Position numbers and translations under genes: made by a program | Part shown: positions 8,551-18,119 of the stretch, one piece after another | How positions within the stretch are numbered: the stretch's first letter is position 1 | Layout of the letters: each line of letters starts with the position of its first letter | The notes under the pieces: model-generated | Database searches by the model: none | What the model was told of the DNA's origin: nothing | What the model saw: only the letters and a program-made list of their open reading frames with translations | Origin: Bacilli bacterium | GTDB taxonomy: Bacteria; Bacillota_I; Bacilli_A; RFN20; CAG-826 | Direction of reading: 5' to 3' | Assembly (NCBI GenBank): GCA_024399115.1 | Contig: JAKSHZ010000001.1 | Coordinates: forward strand, 23,801-87,800 | DNA length: 64,000 bases

Positions 8551-9030
8551 ATGTTATCTGACGAAGAAAAAGCAGAAGAAATATTACAAACAAAAGGCTC
8601 AATGACTTTTTGTGCGAAAGGTTGTGGCTACACAGAAAAAGTAAAAGAACTTATTGCTATAGGACTTGCAGAAGGCAGGAAAGAAGGTTACGAACAAGGT
8701 AAGAACAATGAACGAGAATCACAATGTGGAAAGAAAAACTATGAGAAAGATATAACAAGGTTAAAAAAAGAAAACGCAGAACTTTCTAATTCAGTAACCG
8801 AATTAACTAACACGAAAACCGAGTTAAAAACTAAAGTTACCGAGTTAGAAAAGCAGATTGAAAAAATGAAGTCCTTTATACATTCTGAAATTGACTTTTG
8901 TGTGTATTGTCCTTTAACAGACGAATGTGTGAATGACGAAGGAGCTTGTCCTTATGCTTATTCAACAGAAGAAGAACAGAAAAATCTTCTTATGGATTTT
9001 ATTAATAAGTGGGAGTCGGTAGATGAATAA
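8551..9030 (+). CDS. coiled-coil/Cys hypothetical protein
   Basis: RBS; three 21-bp heptad repeats around 8794-8856. Confidence 0.6.
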   Translation: MLSDEEKAEEILQTKGSMTFCAKGCGYTEKVKELIAIGLAEGRKEGYEQGKNNERESQCGKKNYEKDITRLKKENAELSNSVTELTNTKTELKTKVTELEKQIEKMKSFIHSEIDFCVYCPLTDECVNDEGACPYAYSTEEEQKNLLMDFINKWESVDE

Positions 9031-9256
9031 AGTTGTAATCAAAAGTTTAATAGGTCAGAACGGCGAATCTTTAGGAGCATATGTAGATTATGGTGATTTC
9101 TGCAAAATGCAAAGAGAATATGAAGAACAGATTGAAAAAATGAAACCTTATTGCAAAGAATTATGTAAGAATTACATCAAAACTGAGTTTATGGGGAATG
9201 ATTGTTATAATGGTGTATGTAGGAATTGTGATAAATGGGAGTTAAAAAATGAGTGA
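9023..9256 (+). CDS. hypothetical protein
   Basis: Overlapping-operon ORF sharing QIEKMK and KWE motifs with its neighbour. Confidence 0.55.
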   Translation: MNKVVIKSLIGQNGESLGAYVDYGDFCKMQREYEEQIEKMKPYCKELCKNYIKTEFMGNDCYNGVCRNCDKWELKNE

Positions 9257-9473
9257 AAAAGAATACAAAGAAAAATGTAATAATATGTTCGCTAAGAACT
9301 CAATCCTGCTTCATAGAATTGATGAACTGAAAGAACAGATTGAACAGTTATCCAATGACAATCACGTTCTAAAAACTTCTTTCATTATGCAGCAAGAACA
9401 GATTGAAGTATTAGAAGAAAAGTTGCAGAAAGCCAAAAATATGCTGCCTACTTGGCAAAAGGAAAAGCTATGA
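9249..9473 (+). CDS. coiled-coil hypothetical protein
   Basis: Overlapping-operon ORF. Confidence 0.55.
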   Translation: MSEKEYKEKCNNMFAKNSILLHRIDELKEQIEQLSNDNHVLKTSFIMQQEQIEVLEEKLQKAKNMLPTWQKEKL

Positions 9474-10399
9474 ATCCATTTTTATCTATCGTTATTATCT
9501 TCTGTGATAACGATGTACACTACATACCCGGTCTTCTTAAACAGATTGAAGAAAAAGTATTCGTCAGTTACGAAGTTGTTCTTATTTCCAATTGTAAATA
9601 TCATCTTGCAGACTTCAATGCAAAAAATGTAAGAATGTATCAAAGAGGATATAATGCATATCAATTCGACTCAAGACGTTTTGCAATTCCATATTGTACA
9701 GGTAAGTATATATGGTACATAGATGCCGATGACAGCATCCTAACTATAACTCCACTTCTTGAAAAAATGGATGATGATATAGTTATTTTCTGCTTTATGG
9801 AACAGAATAAAATCCTGTCTGTTCCTACTGCCACAAAAAGAATCATTGGAAGATTAGATGGTAAAAAAATAAAACGATACTCCTCTGAAATTTTACAAGT
9901 TGAAAACCCAAAAAACTTCTTAGGGTTTATCTGTTGCACTCTATGGAATAAATGGATCAAGAAAGAACTGGCCGATGAACTCTACCCTCAGCTTCCGGCA
10001 GGCTTAGAGATAGTTGCATCTGAAGATGTATTCTATACAAGTTATTACATAGACCGTTCAAAAACAATATGTCTATGTGCTGAAACTATTTACATTTACA
10101 ATAAAGAAAATGCAAAAGGATTTGACCCAAAGATGACTAATCAAAGATTTGAACACATCATCAAAGGCAGAAAAGAATCTCTTGAACTATTTAATCACTT
10201 TATTAAAGACCCGGAACATTACGAACCTATACAGCAGAGTATCTGCTATTTCTATATTAAATTACTGGAAACAGAAGATCCAAAATCAGCTTTCGAAACA
10301 ATGAAAAAACACTTCAAACTAGAAGACCTGAAAGCAAGTTTGAACTCTCCACTACTCTCTGTTGAAGATAAAAAGAAATTAACTACGATTGTATATTGA
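9470..10399 (+). CDS. glycosyltransferase family 2 (GT-A fold)
   Basis: LSIVI N-terminus, GKYIWYIDADD (DxD), LWNK and SEDVFY motifs. Confidence 0.85.
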   Translation: MNPFLSIVIIFCDNDVHYIPGLLKQIEEKVFVSYEVVLISNCKYHLADFNAKNVRMYQRGYNAYQFDSRRFAIPYCTGKYIWYIDADDSILTITPLLEKMDDDIVIFCFMEQNKILSVPTATKRIIGRLDGKKIKRYSSEILQVENPKNFLGFICCTLWNKWIKKELADELYPQLPAGLEIVASEDVFYTSYYIDRSKTICLCAETIYIYNKENAKGFDPKMTNQRFEHIIKGRKESLELFNHFIKDPEHYEPIQQSICYFYIKLLETEDPKSAFETMKKHFKLEDLKASLNSPLLSVEDKKKLTTIVY

Positions 10400-10407
10400 T
10401 TAATACT
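10379..10407 (+). promoter_or_regulatory. putative late promoter (TTAACTACGA-N13-AATACT)
   Basis: Exact copy of the 10-mer found six times in the window. Confidence 0.6.
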
Positions 10408-10428
10408 TAAACCCATAGAGGTAATCCT

Positions 10429-11115
10429 ATGGGTATTTGTATTGATTGTATTTACATTGGTGATGACAACCGCAGAACAGACAATAAACCAGCAACTTGC
10501 TGTAAGAAACCTGAAAGAAAGTTTATTGAAGACTTTATTTGTAGAAATGAAAATAACGCAGATTTAGATTTTGTAACCGGGAAATTAACATTCGGTTCTT
10601 GTCGTATTAAAAATATGTTTGGTGAATGTCTCTTTTTTGATGATGGTAAAGAAGAAAAAACTTTCTTTGCTTGGAAAAATGGTGAAGATATTATTTATGT
10701 TCTCGATGCAAACCCAACTTCTGATACTGAATACTATCTTGGCATTAATGATGATCCTGCCGGAAAAGTTATCACAGTAACTTACTTTGGTTGGAAATCC
10801 GATGAATTATATTGCTTTACTCAGACAGAGACTCCTAGTCAGTATGATGTAACATTTACTAATAACGGAACTATTTTTAGTACTATCAGTGAAGTCGGAG
10901 ATGATTACATCGTTGTTAATGAAATAACATATAATCGCACAGAAGAATTAGACAACCTTAAAATCTACATTGATGGTAAAGTTTATAACCGTTCCGAAGA
11001 AGATGATGTAATCATTCGTGTCGAAGTTCCTTCAGATGATGACCCTGAGCCTGATGATAGCACACAAATCGATGATCCAGTTGCACCAGAAGACCCAGAA
11101 GAAAACAATCCTTAA
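10429..11115 (+). CDS. hypothetical protein with Cys-rich N-terminus and acidic tail
   Basis: 228 aa; RBS and ATG lie in an 8-bp hairpin; preceded by the late motif. Confidence 0.65.
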   Translation: MGICIDCIYIGDDNRRTDNKPATCCKKPERKFIEDFICRNENNADLDFVTGKLTFGSCRIKNMFGECLFFDDGKEEKTFFAWKNGEDIIYVLDANPTSDTEYYLGINDDPAGKVITVTYFGWKSDELYCFTQTETPSQYDVTFTNNGTIFSTISEVGDDYIVVNEITYNRTEELDNLKIYIDGKVYNRSEEDDVIIRVEVPSDDDPEPDDSTQIDDPVAPEDPEENNP

Positions 11116-11116
11116 G

Positions 11117-11154
11117 TACTTGTATCACGATTTTATCGGTTGTAAAATTCCTAT
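11117..11154 (+). promoter_or_regulatory. sigma70 promoter, leaderless
   Basis: TTGTAT-17-TAAAAT-6 nt-ATG(11155). Confidence 0.7.
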
Positions 11155-11898
11155 ATGAAATTTATCCATATAGCAGACGTACACGCAAATAAGAATCGTA
11201 TTAAGCCATGTCTTAGTGCATTGAAACAGATAAGAGATTTTATCTTCACTAACAGTAAATCTAAAAAGGATGCCCCTCCTCTATTAATAGCAGGAGACTT
11301 TTGGGATGCCACAATTACAAATACAGAAAATTCTGGCTTCACTCAGTATATAGATATAATGGGTGAAATTGCAGCTTTAACAGAAGTATTTATGGTAGCC
11401 GGAACACCATCTCACGATGTTGCATCTTCCCTTAAAGTTTTCAAACCATTAGGTATTCATTTATTTGAAGAACCGGGAATTGAACATATGGATGGTTATA
11501 CTATTTATGCAATTCCTGAACCAAGAAAATCCAATTATATAGTTTCCTCTCAGCACGAACTTAATGAACGTATTTTACAAGATTTACGCAATAGTATTGA
11601 TATATTCAAAAGTATAAAAGAACAGAAGAGAAACCCGATTAATATCCTTATGTATCACGGAGAAGTCACAGGAAGTATTTATCAGAACGGTGTAAAAGTA
11701 CAAGAAACTTCATATGCTATGCCGGGAGTATGGCTTAAGGAACTTGATATGGATTATATAGCCTTAGGTCATATTCATTTGGACCAGCAGATAGAAAGTG
11801 TAGGACATTGCTATTACGCAGGTTCTGTAGCACCAATTGATTTCGGTGAACAACATAATGCCGGATTTAATTTAATTGATATCGAGGTTGACGAATGA
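11155..11898 (+). CDS. sbcD: SbcD/Mre11-like metallophosphoesterase nuclease
   Basis: HIADVH, IAGDFWD, GTPSHD, HG, YIALGHIH and YAGS motifs. Confidence 0.9.
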   Translation: MKFIHIADVHANKNRIKPCLSALKQIRDFIFTNSKSKKDAPPLLIAGDFWDATITNTENSGFTQYIDIMGEIAALTEVFMVAGTPSHDVASSLKVFKPLGIHLFEEPGIEHMDGYTIYAIPEPRKSNYIVSSQHELNERILQDLRNSIDIFKSIKEQKRNPINILMYHGEVTGSIYQNGVKVQETSYAMPGVWLKELDMDYIALGHIHLDQQIESVGHCYYAGSVAPIDFGEQHNAGFNLIDIEVDE

Positions 11899-14504
11899 AC
11901 AAAGTAACCGTAAAAAGAATAAGTTTTGGATTTCCTGTTAATACTACAAGAGAAATTCCTTATGAAGATTTAGATACACTTAAAAAAGAAAACTTTAAGA
12001 ATAAAAATCTCCATGTCAAATTAGTATTAGAAAAAGAACTTAAAAAGAGTTTCAATGCTTCTCAAATCGCATCTGATATACAGATGTCAACAGGTGCAGA
12101 AAAAGTTAAGATATCTTTTATTTATAACAACTCTTCCTCTGAACGTTCTAAGGAAGTGGCAGATGCACAGTCTATAACAGACAAGTTCAAGTTATATGCA
12201 AAACTTAATGAAATAAAATATTCCGACACTACTCTATCCTGCCTTGAAAACATTCAGAATAATATCACTCTTGATAATGCAGTTCCTAGTGATAGTTTCG
12301 AACTGGAGTTTGCCTCTGTAAGAGGTGCTATCGGAATTAAAGACGGCCAAAATATAGATGAAATTAATATCAATTTTAAGGAACAGTATTCTGATGGAAT
12401 CATCATCTTAGTAGGTAAAAACGGTGCTGGAAAGTCTACTCTTATTGAAAATCTTCATCCGTACCCTCAGATGCTTACTCGTTCAGGTGCATTAAAAGAC
12501 CATTTCTGCCTTAAAGATTCACACCGTATCTTAATTTATAAAATGTCAAACGGTGATAAAATTAAGATTATGATGCTCATAGACGGTGCGGCTAAATCTG
12601 TACTAACCAAATACAATGTTTTCTATCAGTCTGCAGGATCTGACGAATGGATTCCAGAAACCTCTATCGATGGAGGATATGATTCATATAAGAAATTCTG
12701 TGAATCTATATTCGGCTCATTGCAAATGTTTATGAGAACTTCATTCTTTGCAAATAAAGAAATTAAATCTATTCCTGACTTGGCAAATGCCACTAAAAGC
12801 GAAAAGATGACCCTGTTCTCTATATTGGCAGGCACAGATTACTTAGGTGCAATCTCTCAAAAATCTAAAGACTTTGCTAAAGAACAAGAGAAGATAATCG
12901 AAGAAATAAAATCCCAGTTAAAAGATTTTGATAACATTGAATACCGTCTCACAGAAGCCGGAAATCAAATTGTTATCAACAGTCAGGAAATTGACAATTA
13001 TCAAAAACTCATTGATATAGACCAGCAGGAACTTGAACTTTGTAACGAAGCTCAAAAGGAATATCTCAAACTTTCAGGCTCTTATGACATTATTCGTAAA
13101 AATCAGCAGGAGAAAATTGCAAGATTAGGTGACATCGAGAGAGAACAAACTGCAATTAACAATTCCATTGCTGCAGTAAATGAAGACTTGGAAAGCAAAG
13201 ATGTTATGGAAGAACAGCTAAAATGGTATGACAATGCTATGGCTACAAAAAAACAACTTGAAATCACTAAGTCTAAATTGGAAACAAACAAGTTCAATCT
13301 TGCTGCTAAAATAGATTCTCTTGAAGCAGAAGACAGAAAAACATCAAGAACAATTTCTGATTTGGAAAACGAAATCTATAAACTTAAGATTCAGGAAAAC
13401 TCTTTAGAAAAGGCTTTACCTAAATTAGATGGATCTTGTCCTGTTTGTGGTGCTCCATTATCAGAACACAAAAAAGAAGAACTTGAAAAAGATTTTAATG
13501 AAATCTCAGAACGTATCAAAACAATTAAGTCTAACACAGAGTCTAAGCAGACTGAATTGTCAGAATTAAGAAGTAAACTTAATGATAGAGAAATTAAGGA
13601 ACTTAAAAAACAACACGATGAAATTAAAGAAGCATTAAAATCAACTATTAATGATATTTCCGATATCGACAATTATGCTGCTGATATTGACGTTGATGAT
13701 ATTAAAGATATCTTAACACATTCTCAGTTTAAGCTGGATAATTATAATCAGCAATTGGAAAAACTTATTTCTGAACATCAGAAAGTTCAGTCTGACTTGG
13801 AAGAAATAGAAAATCAACTTACTAATATTCCAAAAGATTATACTGACAGAATTAATGTTCTTACTCGTGGCATTCAGGACTCTCAGCAACAGATTGCAAA
13901 TCGTAAAGCTGAAAATAAGACTCTGGAATATGAAATCAAAAGACTTGATGGATATAAAACTCAAGTCTCAGATATCAAAAATCAGATTAAAGAACATCAG
14001 CAGTTATTAAAGGAATATCAGTTACTTTCCAAATCGTTCAGCAATGAAGGTATACAAGCCTTAGAACTTGATTCTGCCGCACCTGAAATTTCAGATATTA
14101 CCAATGCAATTTTGAACGAAACTTATGGTGATAGATTTACTATCAGTTTTGATACACAAAGAGATACAAAAGATGGTCGTAAAATTGATGACTTTATCAT
14201 TTATGTATTTGATGCAGAAACTGGTAGAAAGAAGAAATTGGATGTATTAAGTTCAGGCGAAGGTATTTGGGTTAAAAATGCTTTGTATTATGCATTCTCA
14301 GTAATTCGTTCAAGAAGAACTGGATTCTGTTTTAAGACACGTTTCCTTGATGAAGCTGATGGTGCGTTAGATACAGAAGCAAGAGCAAAATACTTAAAGA
14401 TGATTGAGGTTGCTCATAGAATGTGTAATGCCACCCAAACCATCCTCATTACACATTCTCAAGAAATTAAAGAAATAGTTGATCAGAAAATCGAATTTTT
14501 ATAA
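11895..14504 (+). CDS. sbcC: SbcC/Rad50-like SMC ATPase
   Basis: Walker A GKNGAGKST, coiled coil, zinc hook CPVC, signature LSSGE, Walker B FLDEAD, H-loop ITHS. Confidence 0.92.
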   Translation: MNKVTVKRISFGFPVNTTREIPYEDLDTLKKENFKNKNLHVKLVLEKELKKSFNASQIASDIQMSTGAEKVKISFIYNNSSSERSKEVADAQSITDKFKLYAKLNEIKYSDTTLSCLENIQNNITLDNAVPSDSFELEFASVRGAIGIKDGQNIDEININFKEQYSDGIIILVGKNGAGKSTLIENLHPYPQMLTRSGALKDHFCLKDSHRILIYKMSNGDKIKIMMLIDGAAKSVLTKYNVFYQSAGSDEWIPETSIDGGYDSYKKFCESIFGSLQMFMRTSFFANKEIKSIPDLANATKSEKMTLFSILAGTDYLGAISQKSKDFAKEQEKIIEEIKSQLKDFDNIEYRLTEAGNQIVINSQEIDNYQKLIDIDQQELELCNEAQKEYLKLSGSYDIIRKNQQEKIARLGDIEREQTAINNSIAAVNEDLESKDVMEEQLKWYDNAMATKKQLEITKSKLETNKFNLAAKIDSLEAEDRKTSRTISDLENEIYKLKIQENSLEKALPKLDGSCPVCGAPLSEHKKEELEKDFNEISERIKTIKSNTESKQTELSELRSKLNDREIKELKKQHDEIKEALKSTINDISDIDNYAADIDVDDIKDILTHSQFKLDNYNQQLEKLISEHQKVQSDLEEIENQLTNIPKDYTDRINVLTRGIQDSQQQIANRKAENKTLEYEIKRLDGYKTQVSDIKNQIKEHQQLLKEYQLLSKSFSNEGIQALELDSAAPEISDITNAILNETYGDRFTISFDTQRDTKDGRKIDDFIIYVFDAETGRKKKLDVLSSGEGIWVKNALYYAFSVIRSRRTGFCFKTRFLDEADGALDTEARAKYLKMIEVAHRMCNATQTILITHSQEIKEIVDQKIEFL

Positions 14505-14789
14505 TTCCATCTTCTTCTCTATCTTTGATAATCTCTTATCAATCTTTTTAAGTTCCTTGATGGTATCAACTTCTTCGGTAAACTCATAACCACCATCAAG
14601 GTAAGTTCTTAAGATATCTAAGATAAAAGCAGTTTGAGTTTTATGAACGCTTCTTGCTGCATCTCGTATTTTTTGCTGGAATGTACGTTCAACACGCATT
14701 GTTAAAGTGATGTAGTGTTCATTATCATCTCGTTTAATGATACCACCAGTCCATTTGTTAATTTGAGGTACTTTCTTTTTGTCTTCCAT
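14499..14789 (-). CDS. ribbon-helix-helix-like regulator
   Basis: ITLTMRVERTFQQKIRDAA...TQTAFILDIL pattern. Confidence 0.55.
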   Translation of the reverse strand: MEDKKKVPQINKWTGGIIKRDDNEHYITLTMRVERTFQQKIRDAARSVHKTQTAFILDILRTYLDGGYEFTEEVDTIKELKKIDKRLSKIEKKMEL

Positions 14790-14879
14790 GACACATCTCC
14801 ATTAAAACATAATACTACTCACTCCAATATAATTATCGGAATCAGTAGTCAAAAACTATAGTCTTTTTTACTTGTTTGT

Positions 14880-14917
14880 TACTTGTTTTTCAGAATTATC
14901 TTTTGTAAAATAATCTT
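14880..14917 (+). promoter_or_regulatory. sigma70 promoter, leaderless
   Basis: TTGTTT-17-TAAAAT-6 nt-ATG(14918). Confidence 0.7.
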
Positions 14918-15751
14918 ATGGAAACATTAGCACTTAGAGGCCAAATAAAAAAGGTTAATAATTCATTCATAATTTACCCTGCTACAAAAGCAGATTGGTC
15001 TAATCTTACTTTATACACAAATTTGATTACTGACAAGTATTCTACAATAACTTTTAAGTCAGGTTCTGGTTCAAAATCATATTCTCAGGTTAAAACTGCT
15101 TGGGCATTAATCACAATGCTATGTGTAGCAAAACTTGGGAGAAAACCTACAAAGAAAGAAATCGATATTATGTATGCAGAAACACTTGATATGTTTGCTG
15201 ATAAGGAGTTACAGCAAGGCATCTTGTTTTCCGAACCGAAATATATTCCTGTATCTATCTCAAAGATGTCAAAACGACAGTTAGCAAGATACATCCAGTC
15301 TATGATGCAGATGCTTCACGAAAATACTCACGGTTTCTTATTATCACCTGACGATATGATTGAAATCAGTGAATTATTCTCAGAATGGAATAACTTCTTA
15401 TCTTGTCTTGATGTAGACCCTACTGACCTTGATGATAATGGAGAATACTTATCTCTGGAAGAATACAGACGAACTCATACGGTAAGTTATGCTTCCGGCA
15501 GAGTCACTGACAATTATGGTGGTCCACTGGAAATGGCACATATAGTTTCAAGAGGGTCTGATCCTGCATTTGAAAACTGTTGTTGGAATGTAATGATGCT
15601 TACACACGAAGAACACCAAGAAATTATGCATCAGGAAGGCTGGAACGCATTAATTGCAAGATACCCACATATTCGTGGAAGAGTTGATAGAGCATTCAAT
15701 ATGGCCCATCATATTTATAAAGTAGCTGAACAAAACGGGGTTGAACTGTGA
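14918..15751 (+). CDS. NinB-like plus C-terminal HNH-like protein
   Basis: SYSQ...SISKMSKRQLARYI (NinB-like) and AHIVSRG...MMLTHEEH..MH..GW (HNH-like). Confidence 0.55.
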   Translation: METLALRGQIKKVNNSFIIYPATKADWSNLTLYTNLITDKYSTITFKSGSGSKSYSQVKTAWALITMLCVAKLGRKPTKKEIDIMYAETLDMFADKELQQGILFSEPKYIPVSISKMSKRQLARYIQSMMQMLHENTHGFLLSPDDMIEISELFSEWNNFLSCLDVDPTDLDDNGEYLSLEEYRRTHTVSYASGRVTDNYGGPLEMAHIVSRGSDPAFENCCWNVMMLTHEEHQEIMHQEGWNALIARYPHIRGRVDRAFNMAHHIYKVAEQNGVEL

Positions 15752-16422
15752 CAAAGAAGGAAATTGCCACTCTATTTGGTTGGAAATGTGTTACTGCTGT
15801 TAATGAAGCATTCGTTAAGGCAGAATCTAAATGTCAGTCTATAAAGGACAAAAAAGGTCATTATAATAAAAAAACAAGTATCGATTACACACTTGAAGAA
15901 ACATTAATAGCTATGGACTGTTTAAGGTCAAAGATGACTTTTACTCCTATGATGAAAAGATACCTTATTGAAAATTTTATTCACAGAGATACTCCGTATG
16001 CATTAAAAGAAAAACCTTTGCATATCCCTAGAGAAGTAAGACATTTCATTTATTGGTGGGGAATATCCGAAGGTAGATTACAGGTATGTGTTAGTTGCGG
16101 CTATTTTGCAGTAAGAACTCCAAACAAACAGAATGCTAAACCTCAACCATACTGTACATTCTATGAACGATACTTTAATCATCTTACTAATAAGATTAAT
16201 ATCTATAAGCAGAAGTGTCCTACATATATCAAATCAAACACTACTCCATATGTATTCTTAGAAACAGGTCCAGTTTTAGTGGATCAAGTAGACAGAGATA
16301 ATAAGAAGTTATTACCAGCTCCTGTAAAAACTCTTGGTTTTGACCAGTCTGCTTTTAAGAGTAAGAGAAAAAAGAATGAGCCAATTATTATTTTAAGGGA
16401 TGCGTTTGAAGATGATTTTTAG
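15748..16422 (+). CDS. hypothetical protein with Cys cluster
   Basis: 224-aa coupled ORF; CVSC...C...C. Confidence 0.6.
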   Translation: MTKKEIATLFGWKCVTAVNEAFVKAESKCQSIKDKKGHYNKKTSIDYTLEETLIAMDCLRSKMTFTPMMKRYLIENFIHRDTPYALKEKPLHIPREVRHFIYWWGISEGRLQVCVSCGYFAVRTPNKQNAKPQPYCTFYERYFNHLTNKINIYKQKCPTYIKSNTTPYVFLETGPVLVDQVDRDNKKLLPAPVKTLGFDQSAFKSKRKKNEPIIILRDAFEDDF

Positions 16423-16477
16423 GATGATTAACATTAACACATAAATCAAATCCAAAACCAACAACCCTAACAGTACT

Positions 16478-16774
16478 TTAAGCAACATCGCTACCACACA
16501 TTACTAATTCAAGGATACGATTATATTCTTCCATTCTTTTGGAATAATCTTCTTTTACAACCTGAATACAATGTTCCTGCCGATTCTCAAGTTCTTTGAT
16601 TCTGCTCATAATATCCTCATCATCAGCATACATTGTTTCACACAAATCAATTAATGGTTTGTTATTTTTAGGGATAGATGTAATTGTTTCTTCATAATTT
16701 TTAGTCATATCAGTAATTCTATTTCTGATAACATTTGCAATCCAGTCTGCATCTTTTTCTGTAAGTGTAATCAA
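16478..16774 (-). CDS. hypothetical protein
   Basis: 98-aa ORF, TTG start. Confidence 0.55.
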   Translation of the reverse strand: MITLTEKDADWIANVIRNRITDMTKNYEETITSIPKNNKPLIDLCETMYADDEDIMSRIKELENRQEHCIQVVKEDYSKRMEEYNRILELVMCGSDVA

Positions 16775-16934
16775 AATATAAGCCTCAGTAATTCATCATT
16801 CAATTGTTTATACAACCTATCCGTTGTTAATGGCTTTATTGAAGCACCCCATAGCTAAAGCAAGGGGTTTTACGGCAACATCTGATAATGCAGAACCTTT
16901 CCCAAAGGTCTTCAAAATCAGTTATCTGTTTCAT
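16771..16934 (-). pseudogene. small gene interrupted by an IS200/IS605 mini-element
   Basis: Removing 47 bp gives MKQITDFEDLWERFCIIKPLTTDRLYKQLNDELLRLIF*, coupled to both neighbours. Confidence 0.55.
16838..16884. mobile_element. 46-47 bp IS200/IS605-end mini-element (single hairpin)
   Basis: ACCCCATAGCTAAAGCAAGGGG is nearly identical to the IscB-element end hairpin; flanked by ATAA. Confidence 0.7.
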
Positions 16935-17239
16935 CAGTCTTTGAATTTATAGATATCATCAGCAGAAACACCCATAGAAATAAGCAATAAAGTACAATAT
17001 CCGATAATATCACACACATCGTTTATTCTCGGTTTTTCATCCGGGTTACTGATTACTCTTCCCAATTTATCATCAAGACGAATAAGGATAGAATTTGTAG
17101 AATCACCCTTAAAGAAGATTTTTTTTGGCTTGAGAGCAGAATCACCATACTTCTCATTTTTATAGAGAAGTAAGTCTTTCATGGCATCCATAGTTTCAAT
17201 AATCTTCTTCTGAGATTCTGTAAGCATACTTTTATCCAT
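16934..17239 (-). CDS. nucleotide-modification-associated domain protein (DUF1599-like)
   Basis: KNEKYGDS...IRLDDKLGR...DIIGY pattern. Confidence 0.65.
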   Translation of the reverse strand: MDKSMLTESQKKIIETMDAMKDLLLYKNEKYGDSALKPKKIFFKGDSTNSILIRLDDKLGRVISNPDEKPRINDVCDIIGYCTLLLISMGVSADDIYKFKD

Positions 17240-17691
17240 TACCAGTCTCCATTTGTAATATCAGGCAACCATAACTTTGGATTAAATACAATTTTGTAAC
17301 GATAATTATCTACATCCGAATTAGGTTGTAACTGTTCTGAAAAATATGTAATATCCTGCTTCTGACCAAGATAGTGTCTTAGAAATTCATTTGGACCAGT
17401 CTTAACTACAATTTCTACATCACCGTCTTTATCAATTGCGACATGACTGTAGCCTTCACATACAAATACAGTTTCACCTAAACGAACATTGTAAAAAGTA
17501 ACTCTGCGATATGTGTCAAAGTTACCTTCACGCATTTCAAGTTTATTTACTGTTTTAGCATATTCACTTGTGTAAGTTGCTGCGTGACGTTCACGTTCAA
17601 AATGATTTTCACTGGCCATTTCTGTACAACCAGTAACAAAACCTATCATTGCACAAATTACAATGAATAAAATTACCAATTTTCTTTTCAT
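17239..17691 (-). CDS. putative lipoprotein
   Basis: Signal peptide with lipobox-like VTGC; RRVTFYN motif common in phage lipoproteins. Confidence 0.65.
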   Translation of the reverse strand: MKRKLVILFIVICAMIGFVTGCTEMASENHFERERHAATYTSEYAKTVNKLEMREGNFDTYRRVTFYNVRLGETVFVCEGYSHVAIDKDGDVEIVVKTGPNEFLRHYLGQKQDITYFSEQLQPNSDVDNYRYKIVFNPKLWLPDITNGDW

Positions 17692-17699
17692 AAAAACTC

Positions 17700-18119
17700 C
17701 TAAAGATACACTTTTTCAAATTCAATGCCACAACCTTTCAACAACTCTTTAGAAGCAATTGTATCAGGTGTATCAGCATATTTATCTGATGTGTAATATA
17801 TTTTTTTACATCCAGTTTGCACCAGAAGTTTTGCACAGTTAGAACAAGGAAACAATGTTACGTAAGCATCATATCCTCTTGGAAGTTTTCTGTGAGATGT
17901 AATTGCTGCCATTTCTGCGTGAATTACATATGGATATTTAGTCAATTCCAGACTACCTTCGTGCCCCCAAGGAAACTTAACTAAAGAATGACGAGGCATA
18001 TGATTATGCCCAACACCTACAGTTTTTTTACCCTTTTTAAGAACACATCCAACTTTGGTTCTTGGATCTTCTGACAACAAAGCAACTGCTTCTGCAGATT
18101 TCATTACTGCCTTAATCAT
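17700..18119 (-). CDS. dCMP deaminase
   Basis: HAE and PCSNC zinc motifs; SEDP.TKVGC. Confidence 0.9.
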   Translation of the reverse strand: MIKAVMKSAEAVALLSEDPRTKVGCVLKKGKKTVGVGHNHMPRHSLVKFPWGHEGSLELTKYPYVIHAEMAAITSHRKLPRGYDAYVTLFPCSNCAKLLVQTGCKKIYYTSDKYADTPDTIASKELLKGCGIEFEKVYL

